A stretch of 64,000 bases of DNA. It comes from Coniocarpon cinnabarinum. Lineage: Eukaryota. Below, piece after piece: positions 25,476-36,832 of this stretch. The notes beneath the pieces were generated by a model. That model saw only the letters and a program-made list of their open reading frames with translations, searched no databases and was not told the DNA's origin. Location of the stretch: NCBI GenBank assembly GCA_051942205.1, contig JAVECO010000095.1, forward strand, positions 1 to 64,000. Direction: 5' to 3'. Position 1 is the stretch's first letter, and every line of letters starts with the position of its first letter. The translations under genes and the position numbers were made by a program.

Positions 25476-26060
25476 CAGTGTGGTCAGCGGTTGGGTTCGG
25501 TCCGGTTGTGGTTCGGTGGCGTGCGCTACTACCACTAATAAGAGAAGAAACCTAATTATAATTAATAAGCCGTTAGTAAATACTTAGTCAATAGTTGTGT
25601 AGGAAAAGGTAAGTATAGGTAGGCGGGCATAGAGAGGGAGTATAGTAGGCTAGTATCAGATATTACCTATGTAACCCTAAAAATAGCTACTCTGCATAGT
25701 ATCCATACGTATATCTATAACTGTACACGCGTATGTACACTTGATACTACTATAACTACAACTAAACTATCTAAATAAGGCTATAAGTGTCGGGAATCCG
25801 GGCCTTGCTCTGGTCACGTGCAATAAGCAAAAGGCACACTGTCAGCCTTAGTGTCACGTGTATAAGGTACCTTCGTGTATGAAACGTTTCTTGGCACTAC
25901 ACATATATGTATAACCAAGCACTGAATGCCACACAATCATAACCTTAATATTTCGACCATAAGATTACTAAACTACAACTAAAAAGGGAAGAAACCTAAC
26001 CAATAAGGGAACGGTTAACTACAACCAAACCGTTAAGAAACCGAACCACTGACTATACTG
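25476..26060. mobile_element. Non-autonomous hAT-like DNA transposon (MITE), 585 bp, RIP-mutated
   Basis: 8-bp direct repeat ATGCAAAG at 25468-25475 and 26061-26068; 17-bp TIRs CAGTGTGGTCAGCGGTT vs revcomp CAGTATAGTCAGTGGTT (14/17, transitions only); subterminal CGGTT/AACCG repeats; AT- and TpA-rich interior with no ORF. Confidence 0.9.
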
Positions 26061-26673
26061 ATGCAAAGACAAAGCATGGTGTAAGATGCTTGACCCCTAG
26101 ACCCTGCGCATAGCCCACAAACGTGCGGCCTACCTGGATCGGATCTTTTTTTGGCAAGGCGATTTTTAAGCAGGTCTTTAGAACCTTACAAAAACGATAC
26201 CTCTCCCTGAGTTCGGAACATAGGAAATTGAGCAAACACGTGTTCAAAGGACGTAGGATCTGAAGGATCTAAAGGATTTAGCGCCAAATCCCGCTTGCTG
26301 TTTGGGCATGAAATTGACATCTTGCACTCGATTAGAGCCTCCTCGAGCATGCGGTTTCTACACTTGAGAAGAGCAATGCCGCAATGGTATAGACCGCTAT
26401 GCGAGAACAGGACATATGCCGTCGTTCCGATAAATCCGCATAGATCTTCTTCGAACGCGCCCGCAAGGTGAGACCGTGGACGGCTTTGATCATGATCCCA
26501 CCCATCCGCTTTGTGCGCCCTTGCGGTAGAGCCAGCATGTTCACAAGCAAGCTTCCGTTTTCAAAAGCGCTCGTTCTTGACCCTACATTGCAAGCCATTC
26601 GCTTGCTGCAAATAAACACTCTCCTTATTATCTCTCTCCAATCAAGCTTACGCGTTTCCACTCGACCATAAAC

Positions 26674-27788
26674 ATGTCTCTGTTTGGGAAGGGAAAGGGC
26701 ACCGACACAGGCGGAGCAACTAAGACGGATGCAAATCCATTGAAGAGCGTTCATCGCTTCTGGAAAACGATAGAAGTAAGTCGACCCTCCCACCGCCTTT
26801 CTCTGTATCCTTGAAGTCATTGCTATTGCTGCCCTGCAAGCGACCTCGCGACATCTTCTTCGCCGAGTTTGCACTGCTTTCTGAGGGCATTGTTCATCAC
26901 ATTGCGTATACAAAAGGCTACTTCCCAGCTTGTTGCGCACTCCATGCTGACAAATCACTTTTAGTTACCGAATCCTGGGTTTGAGTGGGACAGAGCTGTA
27001 AAGCAGCTTCCGACATTCCTCCATCAGTGGCAGTCCTGACACTGAGACAGAAATACGAAGTTCAGCCGCCTGTAGGCCAAGCCAAGTCTTCACAGGGGGC
27101 GCAGCAAGGCGGTGACTTCAAATATCCTGCTGAGGTGGGACAAGACGAGCGATGGAAGCGCTCTGCGGCTGCGCTAGCAGACGCCCACGCTCAACCAGGT
27201 GAAAAGGTGGGATCCTTCCGGTGTGACACACACTTGGACGAATCCCGTGGACTGACTGCACACCGCAGTATCCCAAATCCTCGCCATCAGGTGCCCCGCG
27301 AGAGGATTCGCCACCTCCGAAAGAGGGATGGCGAAAGGTAGATGTCTATCTGACTCATGGCATTACCGAACCTCAACTACGCGATCAAAAGGGGGACGTT
27401 CTGTGGCCAAGGCGTATGGAATCGTTTTTCATGGGCGAACAAGGATTAGTCGAAACCCGCAGGTCAGAGCTGCCAGGCGAAAGACACCTCTTGATCGATC
27501 CTCGAAAGATTGAATGCATTAGGATCAAGTGAGTGATACAACGCCAATATAGGTGAACTTTGTTCTGAAGAATGATGATTTAGGCGAATATGCGATGGCC
27601 GCCATGACGAACACAAATGTGCGCTTTCTGGGGATAGCCTTGGTCTACTGCATGGGAAGCACCATCTGCTTGTCAAGGTCTATTACACGGACAAGAAGCT
27701 ATTCGGAAAACACGTCACCATTGAGACGAACGTACCGTGGTATAGTGTTGACGAGAAAGGTTTCGGAGGACACTTGAAAAATCAATGA
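26674..27788 (+). CDS. Orphan 5-exon gene, tandem copy 3
   Basis: Exon 1 MSLFGKGKG..FWKTIE|GTAAGT; microexon 26965-26997 LPNPGFEWDRA; exon 4 ..FFMGEQGLV..LLIDPRKI; last exon from 27584 RICDGRH..CAL..HLLVKV..TNVP..LKNQ*. Confidence 0.8.
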
Positions 27789-29318
27789 GGCAAAGGCGAT
27801 AAGTGGATATTGTCTGGCATTGAGTTCCGCTGAACGGTGGTTCTTCGACGTGGAAGTCTATTCAGGCGCGCCTCTTTGTGCTGATGTCGGTAAAGCATCG
27901 CTCAGCGCCCCAGACTGCAATTATGGGACACTTCACTGTGCATTACTTGCACTGGAAGACCTGGCTGTCTGCTGTCAGACTCCAGCACGTCAAGATCCCA
28001 TGGCCTGCCCAGCACCCACAACGCTAACCTCAAAGGGAAGGGGTTACCCTATAGATGATGCTCTCACGTATTGATTCTATTACTGTTGCACGTGCACGCC
28101 GCCAATACTCAGACAAACGCACCCTAGGCTTATCATAATTCCTATACCTGAATTCTTTGCGTAGATCTGATCGTAACATATTCTAATTTTGACTGTGTGA
28201 GCATCGCTGTCGAAGGCACCGTTTCCGGGAGGATTGGTTTAAGAGGCGGTTGGGGGCGTCGAGCGGGGCATTGTCCCAGTCTGGTAGGTGAGTACTGGTG
28301 ACGTATATTGCACATGATTCACTGGCTCCCCCCTGCCAAGGATCTAATTCAAGGTTACCTATGCTCTCGAGCTTCGGACTTTTCTACTCCTTGGGATCTA
28401 CGATCTGTCCCTACGAACCAACATCCAAAGACTGCACCAGCCAGTCAATGCAGTTGATGACCACTCTGTCGACTCTGGCAAATTGGGTCGCCCGGCCGTC
28501 CTCGATGGCGCGGCAGACAACGCCTCAGTGAGGAATGCAGGGGTGGTGTCGACCATGCTCTGTGTCCATTGATCACGGCGTCGCAGACTCAGCTCAGCCT
28601 CATTTCGAGGTCGCCTGGTAGGTTTGCGCGATGGTGATGAGCAGCAAGGATCCCCCGCCATCATTGGCGAGTTGCGGTGCAGTGGACGGCCCCTGCTGTC
28701 TCTGCGCTCATTACCCGTCGGCTGCATCTGGACAGGCTGTGGCCGCTACTGTTTCAGAGAGGCCTCAACACATGCCTCTTGCAGTCATTCCCACCGCTGG
28801 CCAGACGCATCCAGGCCTCCTCACCAGGCTGTAAGCAGGCCTTGTCCACGCGGATCACCAAGTTCTCGGCTCATTATGGGGTTCCTGTCACAGCTGCGCG
28901 TAATAAGCTTACCTTTACTCTGCTTCCCTCTATATCTCCAGTCCGGCGGACGTCAGCTTCTTTTCTTTTCCTCTTCTCTGTTGCTGCTGCTGCTGCTGAC
29001 GTCCCCATTCCCTCGTCACTGCGTGAAGAGTGCAAGCGTGCCAATCCAGTCTCTCATTTACTTTCTCTTCTCTCGCTGCCACTTATACTGCCAGCTTCCG
29101 CTTACTTGATAACTTATACGCTTACGCGGCTGCAAGTCATTCATTCATTCATACCTAGAAAGGCCGGGTGTCACAGACAGGCTGCCCTATCCACGGCGCT
29201 ACCATCTCGTCAGAGCACCAGCCTTATTCAATTCTCTACTCGCAGGAACGCAAAATTAAATCGGCGAGCTTCGACTCTTACCTAGACTTGTTGCAAGACG
29301 ACGAGATTCTCAGGCCAG

Positions 29319-30473
29319 ATGCATTGGTCACTTTCCGCCCTCCTCCTCACCTCGTAAGCCCGCGTCCCACGTCACGTGTTTTTCATATACTCACACAAAT
29401 CACACAGTCTCCACCTTGTCTCTGCACAAGACGGCGAGACCCAAGGGCTCGCAGTCCCTTGCGAGTCTTCGACTGCACAACCTATACCCTCATCCGACCT
29501 CCTTGCCTATGCTCAAGCCATAGGCGACAGCTCCGCACCCCTCGAAGCCCCTGACACACCAGCCCAGACCACCCAAGCCGGCAATGCTGCTGCTGCTGCC
29601 ACACAACCCACCACCACTCCTGCACCCTCCGCCGCTTTAGCCTCCGCCGGTGCTCCCTCGCAAGTTTCTGGAAGCGCGCCCGCGTCGTTCACGACACTTC
29701 CTTTCACCAATACCGCCCCGAACCCACTCGCCAGCCTGCCACCCATCACTCCCGAGACCAATACGACCGCCGGTCGCTTTAGTCTCCAACTTATTACCTC
29801 TGTCTCAAACCCCTATTCCGACGGCTACACGAACGGAACCGCGGCGACCGCCCTCAACTCCTCCAACCTGCTCATCACGCAAGCCGACACGCAAGCCACC
29901 GTCAACTTCTCCTCTTCAAACCCCCAACCCGCTCTCGGCACCTTCCAACTCAACGACACCTGCTTCCAAAGCTGGGACGGCCGGGTCGCCTACTTCTCCC
30001 CTTCTGCCGCCGTCAAGGACTCCAGTGCTGTTGAATCCATAGCGTCCATTCCCGTCTTCTTCGGCAACTGGTCCTGTCTTACCGATGAGGAAAAAGCAAA
30101 TGCACTCAGCTGCTCGCTTGACCCTTCGAATCCTACGTTCTGGACGGGCGATCCGACCACGCCGCGGCCACTGACGTGCGCGGGTGAAGTGTCAGGCACG
30201 CCGCTCACAGACATGTTCGTTTGTCAGCAGAGCGGCGCTGGCATCGCGGAGGGATACGAGGGAACGCTTATGATGGGTGGAGGCATCCCTAGCGGATGCG
30301 TGCCTGTCACTCTCAGTGCCAAGGGTGTCGGGGAACTCGCACATGATGCCGTTGACGGTGTTGCTGATGCCGTGGGAGATGCCACGGGAGCGAGCACGCA
30401 GGCGAAGAGGGGCATAGTGCATGAGGTGTTGGGACGAAGGAGTCACCGACGATGGGAGCACAACCGGTTTTGA
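29319..30473 (+). CDS. Secreted Ser/Thr/Pro-rich, Cys-containing protein, 2 exons
   Basis: Spliced N-terminus MHWSLSALLLTSLHLVSA|QD (intron 29354-29407, GTAAGC..CAG) gives a signal peptide; many N-x-S/T sites; C-terminal KR followed by a His/Arg-rich tail. Confidence 0.75.
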
Positions 30474-31546
30474 GGGCGTGGTCCGTGTTTGATACACTTG
30501 GATACAGGAATGTGTGTATGTTCCAATGAGCGACGGTGCTCTGGCAGACTTATTGTGTACTATGCCCAGCGCATGCATTAGTAGGTATTTAACTTCAAGG
30601 CACGCCTAGAGGCTACTTGTGATGGACAGCACGCCATCTGCTTGGTCCCCATGCTTCACGTAATTCATCTCGCCTCGTTCGGCGCTGCGTGGGTCAAAGT
30701 CGCGTTCACGCATTCTTCCCATTGAACAAGCAGTGCACAAGCCTGCGACGAATGCAAGTGGAAAGGTCCAAGCCTCGAGACCCATTTCTCGACCAAGCGG
30801 CCGCACTACGACAAGGCCACGCGCCAATGACAGCCCACGCAACGTATGCGAGTCGTCCCACTCAGCGACACACTCGGGAAGACGGCACGGAGCGGGCGAT
30901 GCACATCCTTCTAGCGCTGACGCCCTTCCGTGTTCCGTGTCCCGTGGAGCCAGCAACGACCAGTTCAAAGGTTAAGTCGACTTCACGTCGTCCTCGTGGC
31001 GTCTTTTCGCAGTGGTTGCTCTTCTCGGACTGCTGTAAGGGCGGAACGTCCAGGCTTAGCCACTTCCGGCGGGGGAATGCAGCCCCATGTTCAACCTTTC
31101 CTACTACATAAACCCTTGACTTGTCCGCGCGCCAATCAGACTGCTCTTCTCCTATCAACACGTCTTGCTTACAAAACAAAAGCAATATACTAAAAATTCT
31201 CGAAGCATGTCATGAGGTATTCAATTTCTCACGTTTCTCTCTATACGCTACACACGTTGTCCTGAGACTCGGGAATATAGTCTAGGGTATCCCATCCACG
31301 TTTATGCTCGCCGGAGAGCACGAGTGTATGTGGCCACTCACAGTGAAGTGGCGGCCGTTTGCATTACTGAAATTTCCCACCCTGGTCGTTTCTAGTCGTT
31401 CTCGAGGATATCATATCCAAGCCCGTCGTGGCCCCCGATACGAACCCGTTGAGCATGCTAATAAATCATGTTGCAGTCGCTATGCAAAAGAGTGATGTGA
31501 CTGTGCTGAAGTGAAAAGCCACCAACGCCCGCGGACCCAGTTGCAT

Positions 31547-32812
31547 CTACGAATCCGAGGGAGGCAGGTCAAGAAGACCGGCAAGAGCATTCTCGAACTT
31601 GCTGACGTAGCTCGAAACCTCATCGATCTGCTGTGTCCACTCCTCAGGGCTCTTCTCAACCTGGTAAGCATTGGCCACGCTTGGCTGTGGTCCTGCAGAG
31701 GCAGATGCTTGAGACGCGGCATTGGCAACTCGCGCCGCACCAGTGGGCTCTGCATACACACTGGCAAGACCAATGGAGCGCTTGTCAGCAGTAGCGATAG
31801 CTCCTGGCTCGGTGGTGATGGCACCCGGAGCGGGAGGAGCGGTCGGGGCAGCAGAGACAGCAGCGCCGAGGCCATTAACGTAGTCGGAGCTGATGACTTG
31901 AGTGGGACGAACCCAGCCCAGAGCTGTGGGAAGCTCTTCCTGTTGCCACCAGTGGACGATCCAGTCAACACGGGCTTGAGGGTTGTTGATGTCTTGACCG
32001 GGAGAGACGGTTTGGTCGTTCATGGTGGAGAGGTAGAAGCCGTGCTCGGTCAAGGCGCCGCCGTCATTCTGCAGAAACCAGCCTGGAGTATCGTCCTGCA
32101 TCTGGATGTTGTTGCGTGCAATGCGAGCTGCGTTGGCGTTGCCCAAGCCAACGTGAGAAATGCCACCCCACGCGGCAAGAGTCTGACCCCAACGAGTTGT
32201 GTTGACTAATACACCACGTTAGAAAAACGTCGATATCAGCAAGAAAATCAACCTAAACTTACAGTCATAGTTGTTACCATTCACGTTCCAGGTCTCATTG
32301 CGATCAGAGCGCGTCAAAGAGCCGTCATGCTCGATGGCGTGAGTGGTGTCGAGCATCCAAAGATCAAATGTTTGGCAGGTCGTGCCAGTGATGGAAGAGC
32401 ACAGGTTGATGGCGTTATTGGCACCGGGCGTCGTCACACTGGGATCCATGTTGAAGGCGGCCTGGAAGCCATCGATGACATTCTGAGCGCTGATACCCAT
32501 GCCGTTGCGGTTGATGTAGCCGCTGTATCCATGGTCAGCGAAAATTACCTGGTGTGGAAAATTGATGTGGGAGCACTGACTGGTTCGCCAAAGTGTTCAT
32601 GCCTGGGCAAGGCGCGCGGACTAAGAGCTGTCAGCGATGCACTGGTGATCTCGGAGCACAAGGCGCTACACACCTCCATCTGGCGCACGCGCAACCCAGG
32701 GGTTTGGATCTTGACGCTGCTTGAGATCGGGCACAGCATTGCCAAGCGATGGGAAAGCGACTGCGACGCCAGCGATGGCGCCGGTGGTAGCGATGATTTG
32801 AGCAGTCTTCAT
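31547..32812 (-). CDS. Secreted heme-thiolate peroxidase (chloroperoxidase/peroxygenase, Peroxidase_2 family), multi-exon
   Basis: Signal peptide MKTAQIIATTGAIAGVAVAFP; proximal RAPCPGMNTLANHGYI; HAIEHDGSLTRSD; PGWF..TEHGF; RVDW..EELPTALGW. Confidence 0.92.
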
Positions 32813-32901
32813 GATGATGACGATAGGTGGTTGTCAATTTCCTCTAAGCGAATAGAGAAAGATACAATTTGAACGACGAGTAGGTATTACGACTGTGGGG
32901 G

Positions 32902-32926
32902 AGGTAAGGTAAGGTAAGGTAAGGTA
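32902..32926. repeat. (AGGTA)5 pentanucleotide microsatellite just upstream of the peroxidase ATG
   Basis: gaggtaaggtaaggtaaggtaaggtagg. Confidence 0.8.
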
Positions 32927-33358
32927 GGGAGGGAGAGGAGGAAGAAAAAGCAACAGAAAAAAGTCAAGTCGGTGAGTATTAAAGAATTACGGTGAGAAGG
33001 TGAGCGAGTGAGAGGAGGAAGTATTGGCAACTGCAAACAGGCGAAAGGCAAGCACGAGGCGAGGAGGATATTTGTAGGCTGCCTCGAACATTGCAAGACT
33101 TGCAACAAGCGGTGGATGTAGGCGTCGCTTGTCCAAGGTGGCTCGTGAAGATCTTGGACCGTTGGAGCAAGGCGTCTCACGCTACGTCACGGTGGGCTTG
33201 CCCGAAGCAGACAGGGACACGAGCGAGAGGAGAAGTGGATGCGGCGGCCATGCGCGGGCGGCAAGAATAATAACGCACTCGAGCGCCGTCTGAAGGAGCA
33301 AGTCTGACAAACGCGCCGCAGGCCAGCGGGTGTTGGCGGGCAGCATTGGGGAGGGGGA

Positions 33359-33387
33359 AGCGATGCAGCGATGCAGCGATGCAGCGA
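33359..33387. repeat. (AGCGATGC)3.6 tandem repeat
   Basis: agcgatgcagcgatgcagcgatgcagcga. Confidence 0.75.
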
Positions 33388-36300
33388 CGGGCGGCCCGCG
33401 AGTCAGCGACAGGCGAGCAATGGACCGTGGGGCGTGGGTTGGGTTGGGTTTTGGGACTTGGGATGATGGCGAGAGAAAGGAGAAAGGATGAGATCCCAAG
33501 CTGGCCGGCGTTGGGCTATCGTGGGCCATCGTGGACGCCCCCCTGCCTGTGCGCTAGCCCACTCGGGACGCGGCGACTCGCGGCGTGTCTGCTTCAGGAC
33601 TCAGGAGAATCCCACCTGCGCGTCTGCAATGCACATGTGCGTGTACCTCCGTATCTGCCGGGGCAGAGAAAAGCAGTGGCCCAGGAGGCATCTCCACTCG
33701 CGTGTCTCGAAACAAGCACCGCTCCATGCACACGCGTGACGCCGAGTGCGGTGAGTGGTGCTCTGGGTGGAACGCCCTGCCCGCCTCTCACACGGCCATG
33801 CTTGCCTATCGCTGACACCGGCTTGGCTCTCGGACAATATCCCCCATCCTGCTCGACAACGCTGACTCTCTGCAGCAAATCGAACCCAGAACCCCTCTGC
33901 GCCCCGCCGCTCGCCGCTCGCCGCAGCCCTGGAGATCCCCTTTGCATCCAAGATGATGATGATGACCCGCTTCAGTCCACAGAACCGTGGCGTGCTTAGG
34001 TATTGGACTCGCATATGTACCTACATACGGTGTGCCGGGGTTGGAGACCGGTCAGTACGTCATCCGACCCGGTGGCCCACCTCCCCCTGACCACGCTCTC
34101 GCTTCTTGCTCATTTGGGCCACCAGCAAGCCCTAGCGGTCCCTCTTTCGGTCTTCATCTGTACCGATTCTACAGACGGTTCGTTCCAGGTTTGCGGAGCA
34201 CTAAGGCTGCGTGGCGCCCGTTTTGACGCCCTCGGTCTGCCAACCTTACTTACAACCGCCAAGCGAAGGGTATGGAAACCTTCGTTGATGTTTGCCTTCG
34301 CTAGCTCGAAGATGCCTGACGGTAATGCTAAGACAACTGCCGTTCGTTAGGCACGCTGGCCATTACCGTCAGTCATCATGTCTATTTCAGTATCTTAGCT
34401 AGCAAACGGGTGTTAGTGGGCCAGCGAACATGTGACGACTCTGAGTCAGCAATCACCAACAGTCCGCGAAGGAGCGGTCGGGCGTTGTCATCAACTCTCC
34501 CGCTCTCTTACGCCTTTCCCCTCTAGGTTCGCTCAACCCTCAATGTCTCGGTCAAACGTACAGTACTTTGGAAATTGGATGTAATCGCGGCACTGTGGAC
34601 GATGCCACTTCATTGACTTTGCAGGTACTTGCTGTTGGCATGATTTCCTGTCCACATAATCGAAGAACCCCTGACCAGCTCAGGGTACGACTCCATCCGA
34701 CGTTGTTTGCGCAGTCCCTCCCCTTCTCACACCGTCTTAATGCAAGCAAGTAATAGGGCTGGGCGTGCTTGGCCTCAGCTCTTCCGTTCTCAGGATACCC
34801 TCCGGCCAGTCGACATGTGCGGGCTCGGAGTGAGGCAGAGGGTTCTCCGTCTGAGTGTGGCTCGCACCACATGGCAGGCGATCCCTGTGCGCCTCTACCC
34901 GGAGCTCTCTCAATACATTCCAACCTTTCTCATTTCGGGTCACAGACTGAGACTGAAAAACCCGCACCGGCGGTTCGGATTCCGGCAGTGTCTGCGCTAT
35001 CAACGGTACGTATTTATGTATAGTACATGCAGCTCATTCCTAGCTTTCGGCTATCGCTCGTGTTGCTGTCAGATGTCGAGTATGGCCCAAATCCAAGCAC
35101 GGCATGATGCGCCTCGTGCATGCATCGTGCTGCAAACAGTACAGGATCGACATCGACATGTGGGGCTATCACGACGATAGCGCACTGTAAGCGATAGGGT
35201 TGAGTGCCGCCACCGTCATCACAGGGTCCAGTGCATGACAATGCAGTACTGCTAGCCCGCAGGACATTGGCATGTTAGTCCCGTGCACACTCAGGAATGC
35301 CTATACTATTATTCAATACATTGAATCGATGATGGGAGACCAAGCTTCGCGCATGTAAGCAAGGGCCGCAAGGCTGCCACCTGCACAGCTATCCCGAGTC
35401 AGCATCGACTAAATCCCTCAGCGGCTTGGCGTACGCAACTCATTACCTATGTGCCTCGTTGAGCTTGAAAAATCTACTCTGCATTCCTTCGTTGTTCCTT
35501 TGAGAGGGGTCGAGCTGAACCATGAACGCCTATGCGCGCCACAACAATTGCCGCTGCGGGGAAGAAGAGCCACCGCATGCTGGAAGCATATCTACTCGGC
35601 GCATGTAGAAAAAGGGCCCTTTGAGAGTCCAGCAAGGCTGAGCTGCAAAAGCCCAAGCACGCACAGTGCATCACGCACCTGACTGAAAGCGGGCGCCTCC
35701 TTATTATGCTTGAGCTGATGGAACACAGAGTTGACAGGCGGTGAACGCAAAGCTGTGCGTCGTTTGGGGCAACCTGAGTCTTCTTTGCTGGGCCATGATA
35801 CGTACCGATCATAAGCCGTCACAATACAAAGGCGTTTCTGCCGGGAGTGCTGCATACTGATCGTGTCCGGATTAATTACAACCATTACTTGTGCAGCAGG
35901 TCTGTCCAGGTCATGGATACCGATGACTCGACAGGAATCTGGTGATGATGTCAAAATCGTTTCAGGCCCAGGCAGCAAGACGACGAAATGCAAAAGCCGA
36001 CCTCGTTCTGAATCAGCCGTAACTATTCTTTCCGGACGTGTTTACAATGACTGCAGCACATGTTGTAGATACAAAACTATGGGTCGACATTATTGTTCCT
36101 CGCTTTGCATGTGTTCTACAGAAACGAAAATTTGAAGCAGAAAAACCATAACATTGGAATTTTAAGTGCTAGGAAGCTGCGCTGCGTAGACTGTGATTGC
36201 TTGACTGCGCAGCAAGTACAGCTCGACGGACTGAGTATGCGCTGCAAGTCAACCACCTTCCTTCTAGCTGTTCTCTCAACTTGCAAACTGCGGTATCATT

Positions 36301-36832
36301 GGAGTGCTCGTATGTAACTATCCCGCACAAGTGCATGGAGCATGGGCTTTGGAGCAAGGACACAGTATTGAATTTCCAGGTTGTCAGCTGTTTCAATAGA
36401 ACACAGGTAAAACCTCGTCAGAACGGCGGCATGACTGGAAGAAGTCAAGGTATGGCACCCAAAATCGTGGCACACAGGATGTTACATCTTTTTCCTTCAA
36501 GTCTTGAAGCTTTGTCAAAACTCTGTATTTTAGAGTCGATTTCTTGAGCGAATACCGGTTGTGCTCCTGCCCGATGCAATCTGATACTCACGCAAATCAA
36601 CAGGATAAGTGTAAGACACGTGATTTTGCTCAACGTGGCATCAGCAGTAGCGTAGCTTCGCTCCTACGAAAATCACAATTCTCCAGTAGACGCCGCCCCG
36701 CTTCCAGTCGATCGGGGTGCCTTACGTAGTCGATGATCTAGGCGCCATCACGTCGAGACGTGGACGTCTTCTTCCTTTTATTTCATCAAATTTCTTGTTC
36801 TCTTTCGTACAGCTTCTTCATTTCATTTCTTC

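Larger units (their letters stand above)
21366..27800 (+). repeat. Diverged tandem triplication, unit about 2.2-2.3 kb excluding the transposon
   Basis: AGCCAGCATGTTC recurs at 21366, 23611 and 26530; gene structure is repeated; the spacers also align (e.g. GCAAACACGTGTTC and GGATCTGAAGGATCTA near 23218-23278 and 26232-26271). Confidence 0.85.

Noticed and set aside
25490..25535. tRNA-like GGTTCG..ACCA segment
   Set aside because: No cloverleaf; it is the subterminal repeat region of the MITE.
26332..26958. 208-aa minus-strand ORF as a gene
   Set aside because: Overlaps exon 1 and the promoter of array copy 3 in antisense; the equivalent frame in copy 2 has stops.
19728..27800. Intact LTR retrotransposon
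   Set aside because: Only a protease-like domain with an intron; no gag, integrase, RT, RNase H or LTRs.
33182..36730. Numerous 60-217 aa ORFs in the long intergenic region
   Set aside because: No recognisable motifs, overlapping on both strands, many with non-ATG starts; consistent with chance ORFs.
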